From the NCBI GenBank assembly GCA_965216875.1, contig OZ244207.1, positions 2,400,001 through 2,464,000 of the forward strand: a stretch of DNA of 64,000 nucleotides. The letters are read 5' to 3'. The translations under genes and the position numbers were made by a program. This DNA is from Rubripirellula sp. Its GTDB lineage: Bacteria > Planctomycetota > Planctomycetia > Pirellulales > Pirellulaceae. Numbering within the stretch: the first letter of the stretch is position 1; each line of letters begins with the position of its first letter. This document shows positions 1 to 8,434 of the stretch, piece after piece. The notes below the pieces were generated by a model. That model was given only the letters and a program-made list of their open reading frames with translations, searched no databases and had not been told where the DNA came from.

Positions 1-78
1 GCCGGTTTCAAGGTTGCTGAACCGCTCGACATCGTCGTCAAAACGTGCCCGAATTTCCTCAACGGTAGATTTTGCCAT
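1..78 (-). CDS. 5' part of a probable class I SAM-dependent methyltransferase (runs off the window edge)
   Basis: Manual translation from ATG at 78: MAKSTVEEIRARFDDDVERFSNLETG. Resembles the N-terminus of a bacterial methyltransferase family, from memory; only 26 codons visible. Confidence 0.55.
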   Translation of the reverse strand, partial: MAKSTVEEIRARFDDDVERFSNLETG

Positions 79-119
79 CTCGATCGTGTTGGTTGGAGTG
101 ATCTTGGAGTGGAGCGATT

Positions 120-173
120 GTAGGCCGGAACGTGTAGGCCGAATCAAGGAGCGACAGCGACGCAGATCCAGCA
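120..173 (+). repeat. GTAG-type REP palindrome, family A, with a duplicated 5' end
   Basis: gtaggccgaatcaaggagcgacagcgacgcagatccagca (134-173); near-identical copies at 15521-15560 and 43117-43156; an extra gtaggccgg at 120. Confidence 0.8.
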
Positions 174-191
174 TGCCGCCTCCACTGGCCC

Positions 192-224
192 CGTCTACCC
201 TGGCGTCTACCCAGACGTCTACCC
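192..224. repeat. Tandem repeat, 3 x cgtctaccc with 12-bp period
   Basis: cgtctaccc at 192, 204 and 216. Confidence 0.75.
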
Positions 225-430
225 CGGCGGCGGCCGCTCCCGCGCTGCCAGCGTGCCGCATCCATCAAGTTCCCTACGAAAGCTGTAACATCGTCCACCG
301 TTTGGGCTTGCGGAAATGCCTTCATCCGCCATACTTAGCCGCTTGCGAAATTCCGAGTGCCCCCGGATGGGCTGAAATTTCGCTGATTTATTAACTAGAG
401 ACACACATTTGACTGGAAGGTGATCCAGCC

Positions 431-1051
431 ATGTCGGACGTATTGCAAGTCGAGAAGCGCGAAGAGATGGGCTCTTTGGCCACTCGACGTTTGCGTCGCA
501 GCGGGAATGTTCCCGCGGTTTTGTACGGAAAAGGCCAAGCGAATGAGCATTTGGCAATTTCTGCAACGCAAGTAAAGCTGGTCGCCAGGAACCACATCAA
601 GATGGTTCAACTGGATGGAGCCGTAAAAGAAACAGCACTGGTCAGCGATATGCAGTGGGATCCATTGGGGATCGAAGTACTGCACCTCGACCTGATTCGC
701 GTGGACCTGAAAGAAAAGGTCCAAGTGACAGTTTCGATCCACGTGCACGGTGACCCTGCGGGTGTTCACGAGGGTGGCGTGTTGATTGAAAACCTCCACC
801 AAGTCGACATCAGCTGCCCAGCATCGAGCATCCCTGAGCAAGTTGGCTTGGCGGTGACCGATCTTCACGTCGGCCAAAACGCGACGGCTGGCGACCTCGA
901 ACTTCCCGAGGGCTGCGAATTGGTCACACCGGCCGATACCGTCGTTGCTCACGTCGAAGCACCACGCGGTGATGCTCCGGAAGTCGAAGCCGAAGCGGGA
1001 CCGACCGAACCAGAAGTGATTTCCAAGGGCGGAGAGAAAGAAGAGGAGTAG
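431..1051 (+). CDS. rplY: 50S ribosomal protein L25/Ctc (long form)
   Basis: RRLRRSGNVPAVLYG, DMQWDP...LHLDL, GVHEGG and an acidic tail; upstream of pth. Confidence 0.95.
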   Translation: MSDVLQVEKREEMGSLATRRLRRSGNVPAVLYGKGQANEHLAISATQVKLVARNHIKMVQLDGAVKETALVSDMQWDPLGIEVLHLDLIRVDLKEKVQVTVSIHVHGDPAGVHEGGVLIENLHQVDISCPASSIPEQVGLAVTDLHVGQNATAGDLELPEGCELVTPADTVVAHVEAPRGDAPEVEAEAGPTEPEVISKGGEKEEE

Positions 1052-1145
1052 AACTGGCTTGCGAGAACTTTTCGGACGCCTCTTTCATCGAAAGAGCAGT
1101 TCGGACGGTGAACTGGAGTCATCGTCAAGTGACGGCCATGAAACG

Positions 1146-1802
1146 ATGAAGCTAGTCGTAGGCCTGGGCAATCCAGGTCGCAAATACGAGCAGACGCGTC
1201 ACAACGTCGGCTTCATGGCAGCGGCAAAACTGGCATCGCTGGTCTCGGCCAGCCCCTCGAAGGTTCAGTTTGAGGGCGAGATTGCGGAGGGCCGAGTCGG
1301 CAGCGAAAAACTGCTGATCCTCTGGCCTCACACTTTCATGAATGCGAGTGGAAAAAGCGTGCGGAAGGCATGCGATTTCTATAAACTGTCGCCTGAAAAC
1401 TTGTTGGTGATTTGTGACGATTTGAACCTCCCCTGCGGTCGAGTCAGGCTCAGGCGGTCAGGTTCGGCGGGAGGCCAGAAAGGGCTTGCCGACATCATTC
1501 GTCACATGGGCACTGACCAAATCGCAAGACTACGAATCGGGATCGATCGTCCGCCCCCACAATGGAACACCGCCGACTTCGTACTCGGCAAGTTCAACAA
1601 GGACGAACAACCACCTATCGAATCGGCCACAACACTGGCTGCCAAGGCAACGATCGATTGGGTCGGCGAAGGGATGACTTTCGCCATGAACAAATACAAC
1701 GCCAATCCCAAGGGAAAGGCGGACGGCAAACAAGCCAAACCGAAACGCGAAGCGAACAACCCGGCTGAGAAGCCCTCACAAACCAACAAACCTGCCGAAT
1801 GA
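1146..1802 (+). CDS. pth: Peptidyl-tRNA hydrolase
   Basis: MKLVVGLGNPGRKYEQTRHNVGF, TFMNASG, DDLNLP, RLRIGI. Start set at ATG 1146; the ORF is open back to 1059. Confidence 0.95.
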   Translation: MKLVVGLGNPGRKYEQTRHNVGFMAAAKLASLVSASPSKVQFEGEIAEGRVGSEKLLILWPHTFMNASGKSVRKACDFYKLSPENLLVICDDLNLPCGRVRLRRSGSAGGQKGLADIIRHMGTDQIARLRIGIDRPPPQWNTADFVLGKFNKDEQPPIESATTLAAKATIDWVGEGMTFAMNKYNANPKGKADGKQAKPKREANNPAEKPSQTNKPAE

Positions 1803-1845
1803 ACCAACGGGGCATTCGGGAAACTGACGGAGAGATTGACGAACC

Positions 1846-2256
1846 GTGGCTAAGAACACATACGAAACACTGTTCATTCTCGACACCAACCACTACGCCC
1901 GTGATCCTGGCGGGATCGCCAAGCAGATCGATCAGATCATCACGGAAGCTGGCGGGAACGTTTTGGTCAGTCGCTTTTGGATGGAAGCGAAGCTCGCTTA
2001 TCCAATCGACAATCACCAAAAGGGCTCGTACTGGTTGACCTACTTCGAGATGGAAGGTGATGGGCTGACCAAACTGGCACGTGAATTCAAGCTTGCTGAA
2101 CCCATCGTTCGCGAGTTGACCCTGAAGCTCGAGCCACGGTTGGTTGAACCGATCTTGGCCAACGCTCGCGGTGAAACCGTCAAGCTCGGCTCGGACGATT
2201 CGGCTGGCGAAGGCGAAGAAGCTGCCAAGCCAGAACCAGCAACCGCTGACGCGTAA
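1846..2256 (+). CDS. rpsF: 30S ribosomal protein S6
   Basis: YETLFILD, KLAYPI, GSYWLTYF; GTG start with ggaga upstream; precedes ssb. Confidence 0.92.
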   Translation: MAKNTYETLFILDTNHYARDPGGIAKQIDQIITEAGGNVLVSRFWMEAKLAYPIDNHQKGSYWLTYFEMEGDGLTKLAREFKLAEPIVRELTLKLEPRLVEPILANARGETVKLGSDDSAGEGEEAAKPEPATADA

Positions 2257-2352
2257 ACAGCCCGAACCGCAATTGTTAGAATGTTGCTTTGGCGTCCAGC
2301 CAACAAAGACGTCAAGCAACCGTTTCCTTGACTAGTCCCTTTCAGGTGCGTC

Positions 2353-2820
2353 ATGGCAAGTTACAACCGCGTGATCCTGGTCGGCAACCTGACACGCGAC
2401 ATTGAACTGAAATACACACCCGGCGGAACCGCCGTGACCGACATTGGTATGGCGATGAACGATCGTCGCAAGTCGGCAAGTGGTGAATGGGTCGAGGAAA
2501 CGACCTTTGTGGATGTGACCCTCTGGGGACGCACCGCAGAAGTAGCGAGCGAATACCTCAGCAAGGGTTCGCCGATCCTGGTCGAAGGCCGATTGAAGCT
2601 CGACACCTGGGAAACCGAAGGACAAAAACGAAGCAAGTTGCGTGTTGTCTGTGACCGCATGCAAATGCTAAGTGGTGGTGGCGGCGGCGGCGGAGCCCCG
2701 CGGCAACGCACGGCAGCACCCCAGCAACATGATTACCAGCCTGCACCGTCAGGCGGGCAACCTGAAGCACAACCAACTGGAAACGGACCGGGCTACGACG
2801 ACCCCGATATCCCGTTCTAA
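2353..2820 (+). CDS. ssb: Single-stranded DNA-binding protein
   Basis: [26 protein letters not shown], Gly-rich linker, C-terminal DIPF. Confidence 0.97.
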   Translation: MASYNRVILVGNLTRDIELKYTPGGTAVTDIGMAMNDRRKSASGEWVEETTFVDVTLWGRTAEVASEYLSKGSPILVEGRLKLDTWETEGQKRSKLRVVCDRMQMLSGGGGGGGAPRQRTAAPQQHDYQPAPSGGQPEAQPTGNGPGYDDPDIPF

Positions 2821-2879
2821 GTTCTCCACTGACTTACAAACAAAACACCAACCACCAATACAGTTGACGAGTATTGTCG

Positions 2880-3434
2880 ATGCCCGCAAAAACACGTACT
2901 GGCCGAAAGTTCAAACGCCCCTTCAAACGCCTTCCCAAGGGCGAGAATGGCGGTATCCAGCTGCTCCTGATTCACAACGTCGAACACCTTGGAAAACAAG
3001 GCGATATCGTTGAAGTCAAAGCTGGCTACGCCCTGAACTACCTGTTGCCTCAAGGCTTGGCCACGGTTGCTACCGATCACCACACACGCATGGTCGAAAA
3101 GCACCGCGAAAAGCTCCGCGCTCTCGAGCTGGAAAAGCTCAAAAGCTACCGCGAGCAAGCAGACGAGCTGGGCAAGCAATCGATCACCATCGAAGCCAAT
3201 GCCAACGACGAAGGCCACCTGTATGGCAGCGTTGGACCGCACGAGATCGTCGACGCTCTCAAGGGTGCCGGTTTCACGCTCGCGTTGGACCAAATCCGAC
3301 TCGAAGGCCCACTCAAAGAGCTCGGCCTGTACACTGTCAAAGTGCACCTGCACAGCGAAGTCGACGCGAGCCTGAAGGTTTGGGTCGTCCCAACGGTGGC
3401 TGCCGACGATGCAACTGGCGAATCCGCCTCGTAG
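2880..3434 (+). CDS. rplI: 50S ribosomal protein L9 with a basic N-terminal extension
   Basis: LGKQGDIVEVKAGYALNYLLPQGLA, GHLYGSV, PLKELGLYTV. Confidence 0.95.
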   Translation: MPAKTRTGRKFKRPFKRLPKGENGGIQLLLIHNVEHLGKQGDIVEVKAGYALNYLLPQGLATVATDHHTRMVEKHREKLRALELEKLKSYREQADELGKQSITIEANANDEGHLYGSVGPHEIVDALKGAGFTLALDQIRLEGPLKELGLYTVKVHLHSEVDASLKVWVVPTVAADDATGESAS

Positions 3435-3626
3435 TTTGCCCCTGACGGTACCTTCCGTCAGGTTTGCCCAGGACGAGGAACCTGGGTTCGCAAACGCGAA
3501 GTTTCCTTCGCCCTGAAGATTTCGCTATCGCCAAAGGCTCGCCAGTTCGATACCGTGTCTGCGGGTGAATAATACACCCCCATATGGTCGCCAAAAGTTC
3601 TCTGCCCCGAACTTTGGTCGACCTTC

Positions 3627-3663
3627 GTGGGGCCTCAACTGCCCCTGAGGCCCCACATTTTTT
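3627..3663 (+). terminator. Probable rho-independent terminator
   Basis: 11-bp perfect stem gtggggcctca/tgaggccccac, 8-nt loop, then atttttt. Confidence 0.7.
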
Positions 3664-3687
3664 CCTCTCTCGCGAACTTTTTCCTCA

Positions 3688-4386
3688 ATGGACCTACCTG
3701 AGCGAGAAGCCTGGATGCATTTCAGCCAGGCCGCTAACCGAATTAGTGCGGGCGTCACCACAGCAGTCAAAGAAGACAACGGCTTCATCGAAGCCGTGAT
3801 CAAGCCGGAACCGGACTCGATTTATATCAAGTCGGCTGACAGCAAGATCCTGCTTTCCAACCCTGCGTACCTGGCTTTCTTTGCCGGTGATTTGTCGCCT
3901 GTGGGACGTCCTGGGTCTTCGTTTCTAAGCAAGTCGATCATTCCGATCTCACAGCACTCGGACGCCTTGATCCTTGATGGTTGTCGGTCCGTGCAGTTTG
4001 ACCACGTTGGTCTCGATACCAACGGCCGTCAAGTTCGCATGCTGACGCACAAAGAGTCCTTGCTTGGTCTCGGGCATCCAACGATGGCAGTCCTGGGGAT
4101 CACGCGTGTGATCGAAGTGCTTGATGACCACCCCAAAGCGAACCGGACACTCCGCGAGCTTTGGGACGCCTACAGCAAGCTCGAAGAGCTTGATCGGAAC
4201 ATTGCCATCGGACTCGCGCAAGGCAAGAGCGTCTCGGGAATTGCGTTCGAAAATGGCGTCACCAAAAAGACGATCGAGAACCACCGCTCGGCAATCCTGC
4301 GGCGACTCGGCTTCGACTCAGCCATTGACCTGGTGAAGCTGATGGTTCGATTGCAAGAGAACGGCTTCGGCGATTTTGGTGTCTAG
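3688..4386 (+). CDS. PAS-domain LuxR-family transcriptional regulator
   Basis: PAS-like IYIKSADSKILLSNPAY...MLTHKESL; C-terminal HTH LAQGKSVSGIAFENGVTKKTIENHRSAILRRLG. Confidence 0.8.
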   Translation: MDLPEREAWMHFSQAANRISAGVTTAVKEDNGFIEAVIKPEPDSIYIKSADSKILLSNPAYLAFFAGDLSPVGRPGSSFLSKSIIPISQHSDALILDGCRSVQFDHVGLDTNGRQVRMLTHKESLLGLGHPTMAVLGITRVIEVLDDHPKANRTLRELWDAYSKLEELDRNIAIGLAQGKSVSGIAFENGVTKKTIENHRSAILRRLGFDSAIDLVKLMVRLQENGFGDFGV

Positions 4387-4450
4387 AGAAATCGGGCCTA
4401 CATCAAATCGCGATCGTTGGCTAAACTGACCGCTTCGAAGAGAAAGAGCT

Positions 4451-4533
4451 GCCGGAGTGGTGGAATTGGCAGACACGATAGATTTAGGATCTATTGAGCG
4501 TAGCTCGTGCAGGTTCAAGTCCTGTCTCCGGTA
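4451..4533 (+). tRNA. tRNA-Leu(TAG)
   Basis: Acceptor GCCGGAG/CTCCGGT+A; D arm TGGTGGAATTGGCAGACAC; anticodon arm ATAGA-TTTAGGA-TCTAT; long variable arm; GTTCAAGT T loop; CCA not encoded. Confidence 0.96.
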
Positions 4534-4818
4534 CTTTTTCTTCTCATGACCTCTTCTCTGCTGGTCATCTTTCAGCACCTGCCAATCTCTCTCGTTGCAG
4601 GCATCTTAAAAATAGACATGCTCGTTTTGCTGAGCATCCTTGGGACGACTCCGCTTTGGGGGCGTACTTGGCGCGACTGTACCGGTTAGCCGCCGAACAC
4701 GATCGGGTTGTATCGAGTATTTGCCTGACAAAACATTTGCGACGACCAAACGGGTGTCCTACATTTCTTTACCTGCCTGCAGCTTCGCAACCTTCATCAC
4801 GCAGTTGCGATGCTGCAT

Positions 4819-4853
4819 CGCCGTGACCAATCCCACGTTGGTCACGGCGTTTT
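4819..4853 (+). terminator. Probable rho-independent terminator
   Basis: 12-bp perfect stem cgccgtgaccaa/ttggtcacggcg followed by ttttcatttcttt. Confidence 0.7.
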
Positions 4854-4894
4854 CATTTCTTTGAAACAAGACTCTCGAGCAGGTACTTCCCAAC

Positions 4895-5734
4895 ATGCAT
4901 CGGCGCATTGTTTTCGTTTTGTTGGCCTCCTTTGCGTTCACGCAACCACTCTTTGCCGACGACAGCCAATCGATTGCTGTAGTGACTTACAACATTCGCT
5001 ACGCCAATCCGAATGACGGAAGTGATATTTGGAGCAATCGCAAAGAAGCGGTTGCCAAATACCTTTCGCCATTCGATCTGATGGGACTCCAGGAAGTCAC
5101 GCTTGCGCAGTTGCAGTTTCTGCGCGAGCACTTGCCTCAACACGCATCCTATGGCGTCGGTCGAGACGACGGAAAAAGTGGCGGCGAACACGCGCCGATC
5201 TTCTACCGCAAAGACCGTTTCAAAATGGAAGGCCAAGGAACGTTCTGGCTAAGCGCGGCCCCCGACCAGCCTGGATCCAAGGGCTGGGACGCTGCATTGC
5301 CGCGAACATGCACCTGGATGCAACTACGAGACAAGGAGACTGACAAGTTACTCGTGGTCGCCAACACGCATTTTGACCATCGTGGCAAAAAGGCTCGCGA
5401 GGAAAGTGGCAAGCTCATTGTGCAGCGACTCACGGAGCAGTTCGACGACCTTCCGATCGTGTTGCTGGGCGACTTCAATTGCCTGGCCCAGTCCGCTCCT
5501 TACGACGCAATCGTCTCCGAGTTGACGGATGCACGTGATGCCACGATCGAGAAACCGGCAGGACCCTCGAGCACGTGGAACGGGTTCAAGGAGATCATCC
5601 CAAACCGGATCATCGATCACGTCTTTATCCGCAATATCAAAGTCGAGCGGCTGGATGTCACAGACCCCAAAACAGACCAAGGCCGTTTTGCCAGTGACCA
5701 TTTGCCCGTCGAGGTGGTCGTGCTCCAGCAGTAG
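4895..5734 (+). CDS. Secreted endonuclease/exonuclease/phosphatase family protein
   Basis: Signal peptide; TYNIRY, GLQEV, NTHFDH, LGDFN, IDHVF, SDHLPV. Confidence 0.9.
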   Translation: MHRRIVFVLLASFAFTQPLFADDSQSIAVVTYNIRYANPNDGSDIWSNRKEAVAKYLSPFDLMGLQEVTLAQLQFLREHLPQHASYGVGRDDGKSGGEHAPIFYRKDRFKMEGQGTFWLSAAPDQPGSKGWDAALPRTCTWMQLRDKETDKLLVVANTHFDHRGKKAREESGKLIVQRLTEQFDDLPIVLLGDFNCLAQSAPYDAIVSELTDARDATIEKPAGPSSTWNGFKEIIPNRIIDHVFIRNIKVERLDVTDPKTDQGRFASDHLPVEVVVLQQ

Positions 5735-5822
5735 CGCGTCATGCAAAGTATGACCTCCCATCGCCGCTACAATCAAAAAGCGGCGTGTTCCTCATCCATC
5801 CCGTTATCGGTCACACCCCACC

Positions 5823-6386
5823 ATGAACAAGATCCTGCTGCTACTCATCACGTTGACTTCGATCTCACCGGCGTTCGCGGACGACTCCAACCCCAAGACA
5901 TTCAAGGCGCGAACACTCGAGCTTGTTGTTCCTAGCGGTTGGAAGTCGAAAAAGCCCTCCAGTTCGATGCGTGTCGCCGAGTTCAGCGTGGAAGGTAATC
6001 CGAGCGCTGCAAATGTTGTCGTCTTTTACTTTGGCGGCCCAACCGGTGGTGTGAAAGCCAATGTGGAGCGTTGGATTGGTCAGTTTGAAAAAGAGGGGCT
6101 CAAGCTCGAAATGTTTCAAGGCAAATGCACGGCGGGCAGCTACATCCTGGTTGACTGTGCCGGCACTTGGAACAAACCCGATGGTCCGCCCTTCGCCCGC
6201 AAAACGATTGCCACTCCGAACAGCCGAGTGATCAACGTCATCGTCGTTGAAGAAGACGGGGACAAAACCGATTACTACTTCATGAAACTGTCTGGGCACA
6301 CCGACGTGGTATCCAAGCAAACCGAGAAAATCCGCTCCGCGATCGGCGCCAAAGCCGATTCGGAGAAACCTTTCGAGCTGAAGTAG
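5823..6386 (+). CDS. Secreted hypothetical protein
   Basis: Signal peptide ending AFA-D; VPSGW...SSMRVAEF...GGVKANVERWIGQF resembles an uncharacterised PVC-type family. Confidence 0.75.
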   Translation: MNKILLLLITLTSISPAFADDSNPKTFKARTLELVVPSGWKSKKPSSSMRVAEFSVEGNPSAANVVVFYFGGPTGGVKANVERWIGQFEKEGLKLEMFQGKCTAGSYILVDCAGTWNKPDGPPFARKTIATPNSRVINVIVVEEDGDKTDYYFMKLSGHTDVVSKQTEKIRSAIGAKADSEKPFELK

Positions 6387-6407
6387 AGCTCGTAGCCGCA
6401 CCGAGTC

Positions 6408-7076
6408 TCACAGCGTGACAATCAGCTGCTCGGCGGCATTTTGCAAACCGTTTTGACTCAGTCTGGCGTCGGCTTGGATGATGACCTGGGGACGTCTTTG
6501 TTGACCGGCAAGCTCGCGATGTGCCATCGCGAAGGAATGGCGTCCGCCGTAGAACTGAGCAACGCAATCGGAAGGCTCCATTCCCTGGGACGGGACAAAA
6601 TCGGGATAGAGTGCAAGCGCGTTGGATCCACCGACAAGGTCTCCCATCAAACGTGCGAGTCGCAGCGAACTTTCTTGATCACGTGAAAGCACGATGACGT
6701 AACGTTTGAGTCCGGCGAAGAGTAGCCACGCCGCGATCGATGTAGCGCATTGCCCGATCATGTATTCGTTTCTTGCCCGCACCTCCACCTCACCCGTTTT
6801 CTTACCCTGCACAGCATCGTGAAAACGCGACAGGTCGAGTTCGAGCTGTCGCGAAATTTTCGGTCGAGGTAGCGCAAAACGCATAAAACTGGCGGGCGAC
6901 TGGTCAGCGTCATTTCTTGACTCGAAACTCGCGGCCCGTTTTGCACAGGCCTGTGAGCATCTCAAGTCTCCAGCCTCTTCAAACCAATCCGCGGCAACTA
7001 GCAACGCCTCAGACGATTCCGCCTCGGGGAATCCGGGCGGTCGCAGGTCGAGCTGCTGGAGTGCCAATTCGTGCAT
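6408..7076 (-). CDS. Hypothetical protein: TIGR02996-like N-terminus plus a degenerate terminase-ATPase-like segment
   Basis: 222-aa ATG ORF filling the gap between genes; LLVAADWFEEAGD; AAWLLFAGLKRYVIVLS, LALYPDF, RRPQVII. Homology is by eye only. Confidence 0.55.
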   Translation of the reverse strand: MHELALQQLDLRPPGFPEAESSEALLVAADWFEEAGDLRCSQACAKRAASFESRNDADQSPASFMRFALPRPKISRQLELDLSRFHDAVQGKKTGEVEVRARNEYMIGQCATSIAAWLLFAGLKRYVIVLSRDQESSLRLARLMGDLVGGSNALALYPDFVPSQGMEPSDCVAQFYGGRHSFAMAHRELAGQQRRPQVIIQADARLSQNGLQNAAEQLIVTL

Positions 7077-7126
7077 CGTGATCGCTTGGGTTCCGAAAGG
7101 GTGTCTAAGAAGACTATAAAAGGAAA

Positions 7127-7705
7127 ATGGTCCAGGATCCCCAACTCAAGATGAATTGGGCGTTCGAGTCACACGCCAAGTGCGCCCCACTCGAGTGCCC
7201 CGCTCCCTATCGAACACGTACCGCCGATGAGAGTGACGAGGCTGCATTTCTTTCCTTGATGCAAGATTGCGGCTGGGAGTTCACGCGAGAACGAACAGAC
7301 TATTGTTACGCGCGGTTGCTGCCCGGTGGTTGGTGGGTCGTGACCGATGAACTCGGAGCGATCGTTGCATCGGCGATGGGGCTGCACAATTATTCTGGCC
7401 GGTCACCACTTTCAGCGACGCTCGGATGGGTCGCTTGCTCTGCCGAGCATCGCGGCAACAAGCTCGGTTCGGTGGTGGTCTCAGCGGTCGTTGATCGCCT
7501 TTTGCAGATCGGATACCGCGAAATCGAGCTCTACACCGAGGCTTTCCGCCTGCCCGCAATCAAGAGCTACTTTCGCCTTGGATTTGTTCCCTACATCTAT
7601 GATCAACGCGTTCAAATGACCTGGCAGCGAGTTTGCGAAGAGATTAACGAACCGTTTGCCCCTGACTCATGGCCCTCAGGCAATAATGCATTTCCAGCCT
7701 TTTGA
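7127..7705 (+). CDS. GNAT-family N-acetyltransferase
   Basis: LGWVACSAEHRGNKLG acetyl-CoA motif; AIKSYFRLGF. Confidence 0.88.
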   Translation: MVQDPQLKMNWAFESHAKCAPLECPAPYRTRTADESDEAAFLSLMQDCGWEFTRERTDYCYARLLPGGWWVVTDELGAIVASAMGLHNYSGRSPLSATLGWVACSAEHRGNKLGSVVVSAVVDRLLQIGYREIELYTEAFRLPAIKSYFRLGFVPYIYDQRVQMTWQRVCEEINEPFAPDSWPSGNNAFPAF

Positions 7706-7733
7706 TTCGTAGAAAGACCAAGAGTTTCAATCC

Positions 7734-8402
7734 GTGCCGAACCTCATTCTCATCCCAACGCCTCAGGAAGAAGCGATCCTCAAGCCGCGAATCGATGCAA
7801 ACGTTGATTCCGAGCATTGGGCGATCCAGCTTTGCGGATTTGGCCCCGTGGTTGCGGCGGCAAGAGCGGCGGCACTCGTGTCGAGGTACAAGCCGGAACG
7901 CGTCATCTTGGTGGGAATCGCGGGTACCTTTGACGAAGCGCTGTTGCCGGTTGGCTCAGCATGCCGATTCGATCGTGTTGCCAGCTACGGAATCGGTGCA
8001 GGCTCGGGCGCTAACTTTGTCACCGCAAAGGCGATGGGCTTCGAGCAGTTTGCCGGGGGCGCCGAACCGCACGTGGGAGATACCATTCCTCTGGTCTCGA
8101 CCTTCATCAGCGAAATCCCCTGCGAAGGACTTTTGCTAACCAGCTGTGCCGCGTCCGCCACCGCTGACGAAGTCTCCTTCAAACGCTCGCACTACACCGA
8201 CGCTGTTGCTGAGGACATGGAAGGATTCGGGGTCGCGACAGCGTGTCTGCTTGCCGGAGTACCGCTGCAAATCGTACGGGGCATTTCCAATCGCGTTGGC
8301 AACCGCAACACCAAACAGTGGCTGATTGACCAAGCACTGCATGAGGCGGCAAACTTGGTCAACGCGATCGCCAATCGAGCATGGTTGCCATCGCCCACTT
8401 AA
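7734..8402 (+). CDS. mqnB: Futalosine hydrolase
   Basis: PNP/MTAN fold: CGFGPVVAA, VILVGIAG, EDMEGFGVA, VRGISNRVG; adjacent to mqnD. Confidence 0.88.
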   Translation: MPNLILIPTPQEEAILKPRIDANVDSEHWAIQLCGFGPVVAAARAAALVSRYKPERVILVGIAGTFDEALLPVGSACRFDRVASYGIGAGSGANFVTAKAMGFEQFAGGAEPHVGDTIPLVSTFISEIPCEGLLLTSCAASATADEVSFKRSHYTDAVAEDMEGFGVATACLLAGVPLQIVRGISNRVGNRNTKQWLIDQALHEAANLVNAIANRAWLPSPT

Positions 8403-8434
8403 GTGAACCGACACGCCAGCCTGCTAGACGTACG

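Noticed and set aside
14..394. 126-aa ORF
   Set aside because: Overlaps the minus-strand gene and REP/tandem repeats; low complexity.
3434..3470. c-di-GMP-I riboswitch-like GGCAAAC...GGCAAA on the minus strand
   Set aside because: No GNRA-capped P1 or P2 stem, and it points antisense into rplI.
4600..4770. Possible decayed transposase 3' end; the 14-mer ccaaacgggtgtcc is shared with 18426-18439
   Set aside because: Needs multiple frameshifts, and a 14-bp match is expected by chance in 64 kb.
4451..7705. Integrated element or prophage at tRNA-Leu
   Set aside because: No integrase, no duplicated tRNA 3' end seen and no structural phage genes.
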